Positions 50,411 to 58,691 of a stretch of DNA of 64,000 nt are shown here, piece by piece. The DNA is from a bacterium (lineage in GTDB: Bacteria; Patescibacteriota; Patescibacteriia; SG8-24). Within the stretch, counting starts at the first letter, position 1. Each line of letters opens with the position of its first letter. The notes under the pieces are model-generated. The model searched no databases. It had not been told where the DNA came from and saw only the letters and a list, made by a program, of their open reading frames with translations. The position numbers and the translations under genes are program-made. The DNA is taken from positions 974-64,973 of the forward strand of contig JAHFIW010000001.1 of the NCBI GenBank assembly GCA_023246195.1, written 5' to 3'.

Positions 50411-50731
50411 TTACGCCTTGATGCCCTGGATGTTGATTGCCGTGAACGGCTGACGGTGTCCGGCCTTGCGCTTGTAGCGCGTCTTGGCGTGAAACTTGAT
50501 GATGGTCACCTTGTCGTGCCTGCCGAAGGCGGTGACCTTGGCAGAAACGGTAGCGCCCTTCACGAACGGAGTGCCGACCTTCACGCTCTTGCCGTCCTCG
50601 TCCATGACGAGCAGGGCTTCGAGGGTGAGAACGTCACCTTCCGCAGCTTCAAGCTTTTCGACACGCAAAGTGTCACCTTCCTTGACCAAGTACTGTTTTC
50701 CTCCTGTTTGGATGACTGCAAGATGCGCCAT
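50411..50731 (-). CDS. rplU: 50S ribosomal protein L21
   Basis: 'VIQTGGKQY.V.EGD', 'VGTPFV', 'GHRQPFT'. Confidence 0.97.
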   Translation of the reverse strand: MAHLAVIQTGGKQYLVKEGDTLRVEKLEAAEGDVLTLEALLVMDEDGKSVKVGTPFVKGATVSAKVTAFGRHDKVTIIKFHAKTRYKRKAGHRQPFTAINIQGIKA

Positions 50732-50830
50732 AGGTACGAAACACGAAATAATCACGCTTTTCAGCGAAGTACCGATAGTCTAACGGAAGGGCCTGCGACT
50801 GTCAATATCTCGGCTCGATTCCGATTCACA

Positions 50831-51340
50831 TCAAAACGATTGCCCCAAATGCTCGCTTATCGGCAGGCCGATCCGCAGCCCGTGAGCCTTGGCAAAACCC
50901 GCCCTGACCTCAAGGGCGCGATTCGCCGGTATCCGTGGCGCAAAGGTGGGCAGCACGCCGTCCGAGCCCGGAATCGGCACATCCGTAGTGATGTCAACGA
51001 TTGCCCCGGCATTGATCCAGATAATATCGATGGGAAAGCGCATCTCCTTCATCCAGAAGGCATATTGATCGGGCTTCTGGAACAGGAAGTACATGCCTTC
51101 GTCGGAGGCCAATCCGAACCGGCCGGAGAGTCCGCGTTCACGGGTGGCATCAGTCGCCGCCACCGAGACGTTGACGCGAAGACCGTCGCCGATGACCACG
51201 TAGCCGCTCCTGAAACGCGACTGCACCACCGACAAGATCATGGCAGCGACAATGACCACGCCGACGGCGATGCCCGCCATCATCGGCTTGGCCGAGTCGA
51301 ATCGCGACGGTTTTTTTCCTTCGGGTGCCTTTACTGTCAT
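50831..51340 (-). CDS. DUF192 family protein
   Basis: 'RERGLSGR', 'GMYFLF', 'FWMKEMRFPIDIIWI', 'LEVRAG'. Confidence 0.9.
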   Translation of the reverse strand: MTVKAPEGKKPSRFDSAKPMMAGIAVGVVIVAAMILSVVQSRFRSGYVVIGDGLRVNVSVAATDATRERGLSGRFGLASDEGMYFLFQKPDQYAFWMKEMRFPIDIIWINAGAIVDITTDVPIPGSDGVLPTFAPRIPANRALEVRAGFAKAHGLRIGLPISEHLGQSF

Positions 51341-51344
51341 AGGA

Positions 51345-52421
51345 TCAGTCCTTCTTACGATACGCGAGCATGACGACGGCCGTCAACGCGACCAGGAGGC
51401 TCGCCACCATGCCGATGGCCACGACCTTTTCCCAGCCCTGCAAGATCAGCGTCGCGGTACCGAACAGCGCAGCCACGAAATAGTAGAGCAACACCACTTG
51501 CCGTTGCGACCAGCCGAAGTCGAGCAGGCGAAAGTGCAGGTGCGAACGGTCGCCGGAGGTCGGTGATTTTTTTTGCAGCAGTCGGCGGACGATGACGAAG
51601 GCCGCGTCGAAAATAGGCAGGCCGAGCACGAGCAGCGTAGTGGCGATTTTTCCGCCGGAGATTATCGCCAGCGTGCCGAGCAGAAAGCCGGCCATGGTGG
51701 AGCCGCCCTCTCCCAAGAAAATCGACGCGGGACTGCCGTTAAAAAGCAGGAACCCGGCGAACGCAGCCGCGACGATGACCGCCAACACTGCCGTATCCGG
51801 CTGCGAGACTTCCTGCATCATGCTGACCGCCGCCACCACCAGCGCGCCGATGACCGTCACGCCGCTGACCAAGCCGTCGAGCCCATCGAGGAATTTGGTG
51901 GTATAGGTCATGCCCAACAGCCAGATGACGGTGAAGGCGTCGGCAAACGGCTGAATCTTGTAGGGAATGCCGGCAATCCACACCACGGTGACGGACCAAT
52001 GGTTCAGGAAAATCTGCCCGCCAAAAGGATTGGTGACGAAGGTGATGCCGATGCCGCTGGCCACGATGACCAACGCTGCCGACACCGGCCACATGACCTG
52101 CTGATACGGACGAAGATTGCGGGCATCGTCCCAGGCTCCGCCGAATATCAGCAGAAAAGACGCGGTGACGATGCCAATCAGGAACTTTCCCTTGACGTGC
52201 ACGCCCGGCAGCCATCCAAAACTCATTGCCGCCAGCACCGCCAGGACAATGGCCGCGAACAGCGCCACGCCGCCCAACAGGGCCACTGGACGCCCATGCG
52301 CCTTGCGTTGCCCGTCCGGAGCGTCAATCACTCCGGAACGCCACGCCAAAGCACGCACCAGCGGAGTAGCGCAGGCGGCGGCGGCAAACGAGATAAGCGC
52401 GTTAAGCAAAAGTGAAGACAT
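51345..52421 (-). CDS. WecA/TagO-like polyprenyl-phosphate GlcNAc-1-P transferase (MraY family)
   Basis: 'RKAH..P...LGG', 'GAWDD', 'DGLDGL', 'PASIFLGEGG', 'DRSHLHFRL'. Confidence 0.92.
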   Translation of the reverse strand: MSSLLLNALISFAAAACATPLVRALAWRSGVIDAPDGQRKAHGRPVALLGGVALFAAIVLAVLAAMSFGWLPGVHVKGKFLIGIVTASFLLIFGGAWDDARNLRPYQQVMWPVSAALVIVASGIGITFVTNPFGGQIFLNHWSVTVVWIAGIPYKIQPFADAFTVIWLLGMTYTTKFLDGLDGLVSGVTVIGALVVAAVSMMQEVSQPDTAVLAVIVAAAFAGFLLFNGSPASIFLGEGGSTMAGFLLGTLAIISGGKIATTLLVLGLPIFDAAFVIVRRLLQKKSPTSGDRSHLHFRLLDFGWSQRQVVLLYYFVAALFGTATLILQGWEKVVAIGMVASLLVALTAVVMLAYRKKD

Positions 52422-52579
52422 GGAAAATCGCTACTGTACGGAACGGTAACACGGCGACGACCTTCGGAAAAGGCTCTCACGCCGATAACGCAAAAAGAAA
52501 AGGTGCACGGCCATAAAGCCCGTGCACCTTGCGACGCATCGTCAGAGACGATCGCCTGAGAAGCTAAGTAAAGAACGTT

Positions 52580-54112
52580 TCACCCCATGTAGTCGCGAAC
52601 GATGTCGCTGGCGTCCACGCCGTAGTGGGACGTCAGCGTGGCGACGACGAGGTCGCGGATCGCCGCCTCATGCAGGACCGAGGCCGGCGAGTACGGGTTG
52701 GCGCGGAAGTAGTTGCCGACCGCGCCGCGGTAGTTGGTGAAGTAGATCGCGTGGACGAAGTCGCCCGCGCGGTTCTTGTAGACGAAGTTGCCCGGACTGG
52801 ACAGCTGCGCTTTCACCGTCTGCGTGATCTCCACGCCCTGCCTACGCAAGTCCGCCTCGCGAAGCACCATCGCCACCCGGTCCAGCCGGATGCCGTTGAC
52901 GCTCGAGATGACGAACAGGCCTCGACCGTACATCTGGATGACCACGTCGGCCTTGGGCCGGCGAGGCTGCTTCGGCTCCGGACGCGGACCCGTCGCCTTG
53001 CGGCTCTTCCAGTCGTACGACTCGCTGTTGCCGCGCCGTGCCACTGCGCCGAAACGCTGCGACTCGGATCGGCCGAAGAGGACTGCGACCTCGCGTCGCT
53101 TCTTGCCCTCCACCTGCGGCAGCATCTCGATGGTGCGTCCGCCGGTCGTTTTCGACCAGTAGTCGCCCACCGCCATGTGCCACTGTCGCTCCATCTCACG
53201 GAGCGACTTCTCCGCCTGAGCGGCGAACGTTCGCGCCTCATGCGCGATACGGCCTTCGGAAGCGCCCGGCAACGTTGCCGCGAAATGCGCTTCCGTGCCC
53301 AGCAGGATCTCCTCGACGCGGAACAGCTTCCGCATGTCGAAGTCCTGCACGTCTTCCGGATCCTCGTAGAGCATCCGCACGTTCTGCTCGATCGCCCCAA
53401 AGGCGACCGAGGCGAGCGCGAACACCTTTTCGGGATTTTCCGGATACAGGCTGTTCCACCCGAGGATCATGTTCCTCAAGTGGCGCGTCGTGTACGGCGT
53501 CGGATCTGCCACCTCCGTCCGCTGAACGCTCGTCTCACCCTCGACGGGCGTTACGGCGGTCAGCTCCTGAAGCATGTCCTGCACGAGGCCTTCGCTGCCC
53601 TGCGGCTGCGCGGTACCCTCGGGCTTGGCGTCGAGCGACCTGGGGGCGATATCTTCGCCGGTCAGGTCGTTGCGACAGATGACCAGGAAGACGCCTTCCA
53701 TGATCTTGAGGAGCTGCTGCAGCTCCTTGCGGTCAGCGTCGTGCAGATCCTCGGCACGAGCATTGAGCTCGTCGAGGAGAAGATGGAGGCTGGCCGTCTT
53801 GTTCTCGGACACGGCGTCCGGGAGGACATGCTGGTCGAATCGTCCGCCGCCGCAGTCGAGGAACAGGTAACCCCGCGACTCGAGCTGCTCGGAAGATACC
53901 GTTCTCTCGTCCTGCCAGTCCCGTCGCCGGAGCTGACCGGCCGGGATGAACTTGATGTGCAGCGTCTCGGCGCAATGAAGCGCCTTCCGCACCGTCGCAT
54001 GGCTGACGATCAGCCATGTCATCGCCAGCGCCTCGGTGTCGGGTGACACGTGCGGCACCAGCGTGTGAATCCTCGAGGCGCGAATACCGCGAATGCTGCT
54101 TACTTGATCCAT
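52580..54112 (-). CDS. Large hypothetical protein with MYG1/DHH-like N-terminal motifs (stand-alone unit)
   Basis: 'HVSPDTE', 'LDCGGGRFDQH'; TTGACA-17-TATATT promoter, GAGGAG SD, terminator 52492-52530. Confidence 0.65.
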   Translation of the reverse strand: MDQVSSIRGIRASRIHTLVPHVSPDTEALAMTWLIVSHATVRKALHCAETLHIKFIPAGQLRRRDWQDERTVSSEQLESRGYLFLDCGGGRFDQHVLPDAVSENKTASLHLLLDELNARAEDLHDADRKELQQLLKIMEGVFLVICRNDLTGEDIAPRSLDAKPEGTAQPQGSEGLVQDMLQELTAVTPVEGETSVQRTEVADPTPYTTRHLRNMILGWNSLYPENPEKVFALASVAFGAIEQNVRMLYEDPEDVQDFDMRKLFRVEEILLGTEAHFAATLPGASEGRIAHEARTFAAQAEKSLREMERQWHMAVGDYWSKTTGGRTIEMLPQVEGKKRREVAVLFGRSESQRFGAVARRGNSESYDWKSRKATGPRPEPKQPRRPKADVVIQMYGRGLFVISSVNGIRLDRVAMVLREADLRRQGVEITQTVKAQLSSPGNFVYKNRAGDFVHAIYFTNYRGAVGNYFRANPYSPASVLHEAAIRDLVVATLTSHYGVDASDIVRDYMG

Positions 54113-54290
54113 GATTGAACTCCTCATCGGGTCAAAAAACCCTAGTCCGGATAGGCCGGACACCCTCAGTTGTCAAACCGTCCCCACCACACGACATGTG
54201 TAGCGAAGAACATATGAATATAGCACAAAACCCCCTCGCTGTCAATGCTGTCAGGCAAACAAAAAATCGCCCAGCTGAGCGAAAAACCGT

Positions 54291-54303
54291 GGGGTCAGAC
54301 CCC
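54291..54303. repeat. GGGGTCAGACCCC short palindrome (same family as 34583)
   Basis: Same GGGGTCAG core; lies just downstream of ftsL. Confidence 0.5.
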
Positions 54304-54340
54304 ATAAATTTTAGCTAAAATAAGCCAATTGAACCTAAAC

Positions 54341-54697
54341 CTAGCGCACGGCCACGATACCGGAACTGCCGTTGACGTAATCGACGCTGGTGACCGGCAC
54401 CAAGCCCAAACCCTGAATCTTGCCGTCGAGCGAATCCATCGATTCATCCGTCACCACGGACAAATCGAGCTTCTGCCGTTCGTCCTGCAGCTCGACGATA
54501 CGCTTCTCCATGGTGCGAATGGCAAAGCCCTTCTCGGTCGCGCGATTGTTGAGTACCAGGTACCCGCCAAAAAGCGCCATGACGCCGATGCCGAGCATGG
54601 CGTTGAGAATGCGGACGTCGCGCCACACCGGCACATATGCGTCATGTGCCTCACGAGCGGCTGCGTACGACGGCGGATTGTAACTTGCATGTGTCAT
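54341..54697 (-). CDS. ftsL: FtsL-like cell division protein
   Basis: TM helix plus coiled coil, directly after rsmH with an ATGA overlap. Confidence 0.7.
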   Translation of the reverse strand: MTHASYNPPSYAAAREAHDAYVPVWRDVRILNAMLGIGVMALFGGYLVLNNRATEKGFAIRTMEKRIVELQDERQKLDLSVVTDESMDSLDGKIQGLGLVPVTSVDYVNGSSGIVAVR

Positions 54698-55578
54698 GGC
54701 GTCTTGACGGCGATGCGCAGCTTGGCGCTGCGCGAACGTGAATTCCGTTTGATTTCCTCATCCGTTGCCGTGATCGGCCGCTTGCTGACGATGGAGGCCC
54801 TGCCTTCCGCCGCCTTTTCCAGAAAAAAACGCTTGACGATGCGATCTTCCAGCGAATGAAACGAGATGACGGCCAGCCTTCCGCCGGGAGCCAAGGCATC
54901 GAACAGCACGGGCAGGACGGACCGGACGTTGCCGAGCTCATCGTTGGTGGCGATGCGCAGGGCCTGAAAGGTGCGAGTAGGAAACGGCAGCTTGCTGCGC
55001 CGATAAAAACCGGGAACGGAATGCGCGATGACGTCGACCAGCTGCTTGGTGGTCAGTATCCGCTCTTCACGTCGCGATTTGACGATGCCGTCGGCGATCT
55101 TGCGCGCGAACTTCTCCTGTCCGTACTCCCAAAGAATTCTCGAAAGATCGTCTGCGTTCCATGAGTTGACGATGGAGGCGGCCGTCTCGTCCTGGGTGCG
55201 GTCAAAGCGCATGTCGAGCGGCCCGTCGAAGCGGAAGCTGAATCCGCGCGTCGGGTCGTCGATCTCGAGCGATGAAAATCCCAGATCGAGAAGCGCCGCA
55301 TGAATCGGCCCGAAGGACTGGGTGTGGAGGACCCGCTCGACGTTCCGATAGTTCTCGCGGACAAGCATTGCGCGAGAACCATAGGCACCGAGTGTGCTTC
55401 GAGCCGCTTCAAGCGCCGCTTCGTCGACATCGAGGCCCAGCAGCTTTCCGTCCGGTGCGGTCCTTGCAAGGGCGGCAGCGGCATGTCCGCCGGCGCCGAG
55501 CGTGCAGTCGACCACATTCTCGTTCGGTTGCAATTTGAGTCCGTCGATTGTCTCGTTGAGGAGGACAGGAACGTGCAT
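54694..55578 (-). CDS. rsmH: 16S rRNA m4C1402 methyltransferase
   Basis: 'HVPVLL.E', 'DCTLGAGGH', 'DLGFSS', 'LDMR', 'SFHSLEDR', 'RSRSAKLR'. Confidence 0.98.
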   Translation of the reverse strand: MHVPVLLNETIDGLKLQPNENVVDCTLGAGGHAAAALARTAPDGKLLGLDVDEAALEAARSTLGAYGSRAMLVRENYRNVERVLHTQSFGPIHAALLDLGFSSLEIDDPTRGFSFRFDGPLDMRFDRTQDETAASIVNSWNADDLSRILWEYGQEKFARKIADGIVKSRREERILTTKQLVDVIAHSVPGFYRRSKLPFPTRTFQALRIATNDELGNVRSVLPVLFDALAPGGRLAVISFHSLEDRIVKRFFLEKAAEGRASIVSKRPITATDEEIKRNSRSRSAKLRIAVKTP

Positions 55579-55579
55579 A

Positions 55580-56011
55580 TTACACGCCCAGCTCGCCCAT
55601 TCGTTCGGCGATGTCATTCGAATCTTTTTCCGTCTTGGCCTTGTACGACTCCCAGGACGTCTTGTCCCAGATTTCGATACGTCCGTAGAGGCCGGCGACG
55701 ACCGCATCCTTGGCGATGCCGGCGTAGCGGCGCAGGTATTCCGGCAGGACCACCCTCCCCTGTTTGTCGATCTCCACGTCCATCGCGCCGGCGAGCATCA
55801 GGCGCGAGAACGCGCGCGAGTTCGCCTGGCTGAACGGCAATGCGGAAAGTTTCTCGGCGAGCTTCTTCCACTCGGCCATCGAGTATACGAAGAGACAGTT
55901 GTCGAGACCGCGCGTCACGACGGCACCGCCGCGAAGCTCCTTGCGAAACTTCATCGGGATGGCCAATCTCCCCTTCTCGTCGACCGTGTGGTTATACTCA
56001 CCGATAAACAT
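55580..56011 (-). CDS. mraZ: Transcriptional regulator MraZ
   Basis: 'MFIGEY...DEKGRL', 'DKQGR', 'IEIW'. Confidence 0.98.
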   Translation of the reverse strand: MFIGEYNHTVDEKGRLAIPMKFRKELRGGAVVTRGLDNCLFVYSMAEWKKLAEKLSALPFSQANSRAFSRLMLAGAMDVEIDKQGRVVLPEYLRRYAGIAKDAVVAGLYGRIEIWDKTSWESYKAKTEKDSNDIAERMGELGV

Positions 56012-56080
56012 GACAGGAAATGTGAGCTGCGGATAAATGGGAATTTTAGCTCATTTAAGCTTCATTTTGCTATCAGAGCT

Positions 56081-56147
56081 ATTCCCCATTTTTCCCCACT
56101 TAAAACCACTACAAAGTCACTATACACCTTTTTCATCCACAGGACAA
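56081..56147 (-). promoter_or_regulatory. mraZ promoter with three MraZ boxes
   Basis: TTGTCC-17-TATAGT followed by AGTGGT/AGTGGG/AATGGG direct repeats at a 10-bp period. Confidence 0.8.
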
Positions 56148-56209
56148 GATGGCGGCGGAGCAGGCAAAAAATGACCGCACGACGTGCGGCCATTCATGCA
56201 CCGTCCGGA

Positions 56210-56671
56210 TTAGCGCAGCATCAACCAGGTCCACAACAGCACGGTCACTGATCCCTGCCAGGCCAAACCGACCCAGACGGGAATGCGCGGATGAAAAAAA
56301 TTATGATTGCTTGCGTGAAATCTTGAAAGCGGACCGAACAACTGGCGCTTCACGACTTTCTCAGTTCCCCACATGATGTCGGGGACGAACGAACCCAGCG
56401 CGGCGGCAGCGAGAGGAATCGAGGGGCCGTGCGTCCATATATAGCTGCCGAAGATGCCCAGGAACAGCGCGCCGTCAAACGCAAGGATGAAAGCAAGACG
56501 AAAAATCTCGTTTCCCTTCTTTGCCCATTCCCCTACCGGCTCATCGCCATGCGGCAAGAAGTCGGCGACGTAATGCGAAAACCAGCCGACCCCGAAGGCG
56601 GTGACGGGATTGGTAATGCCGAGCGCGCTGACGGCAGCGACGCCGACTGCCGCATGTCCAACCAGAAACAT
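56210..56671 (-). CDS. Membrane protein with metal-hydrolase-like His/Asp motifs
   Basis: 'H...G', 'SHYVADFLPH', 'VPD', 'H..NH'. Confidence 0.75.
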   Translation of the reverse strand: MFLVGHAAVGVAAVSALGITNPVTAFGVGWFSHYVADFLPHGDEPVGEWAKKGNEIFRLAFILAFDGALFLGIFGSYIWTHGPSIPLAAAALGSFVPDIMWGTEKVVKRQLFGPLSRFHASNHNFFHPRIPVWVGLAWQGSVTVLLWTWLMLR

Positions 56672-56674
56672 AGA

Positions 56675-57934
56675 TCAGGCCAAAAATGATTTCGCTCGCT
56701 TCTTGCGATGCCACGATACCGCGAACCGATGCGCCTCATCCCGACAGCGCTGCAATAACGGCTTGAAGGCGCGAACGAGACGCGCAAGCTCATAATCGCC
56801 CTTATCGTACACCAGCTCATCTTGCTTGCGATCCGGACCTTTGGCAATGCCGACCAGCGGGATCTTCAGGCCATACGCGTCGAGCACCTTCTTGGCCGCG
56901 TTCATCTGACCGAGGCCGCCGTCAATCAGCACCAGATCGGGCAATGGCCACGGCTTGCCGCTTTCAGGCTTCACCGAACGCGCAAACCGTCGGCGTAACG
57001 TTTCGGTCATCATGGCTACGTCGTCGGGTCCGTTCACGTCCTTAATGCCGAAGATGCGATATTCGGACTTTTTAGATTCTCCGTCGACCATCACTACCAT
57101 GCTGCCCACGGCGTCCCTGCCAGAGGTGTTGGAGATGTCGTACCCCTCAATGCGACCGAAGATGTTGATGAACTCGTCCAGATGACCGTCCTCATTCTTG
57201 AGAACCGACTCGTCTCGCACGTGCTCGAGCGCGAACAGGCGATTACGCAAATCGGCGGCATCCTCATAACGTTCCTCGGCGGCAGCGCGCGCCATTTCGC
57301 GCTTCATCTCGCCGGAAACGACGTCCCGTCCGCCTTCAAAAAAGCGCATCAATCGGCGGATGATCTTCTTGTACTGCGCCGAAGTAACCTCGCCGGTACA
57401 GACGCCGGGACAAAGGCCGAGATGCCGATAGAAGCACGGGCGCTTACGGCCCGGCTTGCAGGCAGTCCACGGAAAAGACTTACGCAACGCGTCGAGCGCG
57501 GCACGCACGGAGGGAGCCGACTTGAACGGTCCGTACACCTTCAAGAATTGCTTTTTTGGCATGCGCGCCAGTTCGTAGGCGCGAATCAATACCGGCTGCG
57601 GAAAAGCCTCGCGAGTGAACGCCAAATGGATGAAACTCTTGTCATCCTTCTCCATCACGTTATAGGGCGGCTGATGTTTTTTGATGAGTTTGGCTTCGAG
57701 CATCAGGGCCTCGATTGCCGTCGGCGTCAGTTCGTAGTCGATACGCCTGATCTTAGTGACCATCTGGGCGATGCGCTCGTCAGCAGGACGCACGAAATAG
57801 CTTCCCACGCGCGAGCGCAAGGAAGTCGCCTTACCGATATACAGCAGCTTACCGTCGGCATCCTTCATGAAATAGACGCCGGGACTTGGCGGTAGCTCGT
57901 TATTTTTGATGACGACGTGGTCTGGGATGGCCAT
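56675..57934 (-). CDS. uvrC: Excinuclease UvrC, short form without the C-terminal HhH domain
   Basis: GVY-YIG, 4-Cys cluster, UVR domain, 'EGYDISN', 'LIDGG.GQ', 'RDEAHRFA' at the C-terminus. Confidence 0.93.
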   Translation of the reverse strand: MAIPDHVVIKNNELPPSPGVYFMKDADGKLLYIGKATSLRSRVGSYFVRPADERIAQMVTKIRRIDYELTPTAIEALMLEAKLIKKHQPPYNVMEKDDKSFIHLAFTREAFPQPVLIRAYELARMPKKQFLKVYGPFKSAPSVRAALDALRKSFPWTACKPGRKRPCFYRHLGLCPGVCTGEVTSAQYKKIIRRLMRFFEGGRDVVSGEMKREMARAAAEERYEDAADLRNRLFALEHVRDESVLKNEDGHLDEFINIFGRIEGYDISNTSGRDAVGSMVVMVDGESKKSEYRIFGIKDVNGPDDVAMMTETLRRRFARSVKPESGKPWPLPDLVLIDGGLGQMNAAKKVLDAYGLKIPLVGIAKGPDRKQDELVYDKGDYELARLVRAFKPLLQRCRDEAHRFAVSWHRKKRAKSFLA

Positions 57935-58064
57935 ACTGATGACCCAGCATCCCACAAAACGACCAAATGTTCAATCCAGGGGCGCGACCGACACCCATTG
58001 ACAAAACGCCCATTTATGCTATGCTTCGTCGTTCGGTAAAAAACCGACAAAGGAGACAAACATC

Positions 58065-58637
58065 TTGAACATTCAAAATCTCGAGTGTCTGCTCGTCGCC
58101 GGCCTCCTCAGCCTCGCCATCGGGTACTGGCTGCGATTCCTCTACGTTGCCAAGCGGCGCGCAAGCGACCTCGTGTCACAGGCGCGCAAGCTGATGGCCG
58201 CAGGCGTCTTTTCCAGCGACATGGACGGCAACCTCGGTCCGGCCGAGCTGCTGGGCGACGCCTACCGCCTTCAACGGCAAGCCTTTCTGAAAGCCGAGGA
58301 CCTCGGCCTGAAGAACGATGCCGAGCTCGATGAGCTCATCATCACGGCGATTCGGGGAAACGCGCCCGTCAAAAGCGCGCAGTCGACGGACGAACGCGAC
58401 ACCCTGGTCGACATGCCGCTGCCGCGATTTCTTCCGGAAGACGAGGAACCCACGCTGCCAGGCGTCGACCTCGACGCGCTCGATGCCGCCAGCGACCCGG
58501 TCTTCTTCCTGACCGCCGGCCGGAACCGGCGAAACGTGCGGATCGACGACTACATGGGCTACGAGGAGTATCTCGAGTACTGCGGAAAGGTCGCCTCGAG
58601 CTTCACGCCCGTACAGGCGCGTAAAGACACCGACTGA
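58065..58637 (+). CDS. Single-TM hypothetical protein (antisense stand-alone unit between uvrA and uvrC)
   Basis: TTGACA-16-TATGCT promoter, AAGGAG SD, TTG start, bidirectional terminator 58660-58692. Confidence 0.65.
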   Translation: MNIQNLECLLVAGLLSLAIGYWLRFLYVAKRRASDLVSQARKLMAAGVFSSDMDGNLGPAELLGDAYRLQRQAFLKAEDLGLKNDAELDELIITAIRGNAPVKSAQSTDERDTLVDMPLPRFLPEDEEPTLPGVDLDALDAASDPVFFLTAGRNRRNVRIDDYMGYEEYLEYCGKVASSFTPVQARKDTD

Positions 58638-58691
58638 ATCGTCCTCGCTCGGACATTCGAAAAGAGCACGCATCTTGCGTGCTCTCTTTTT

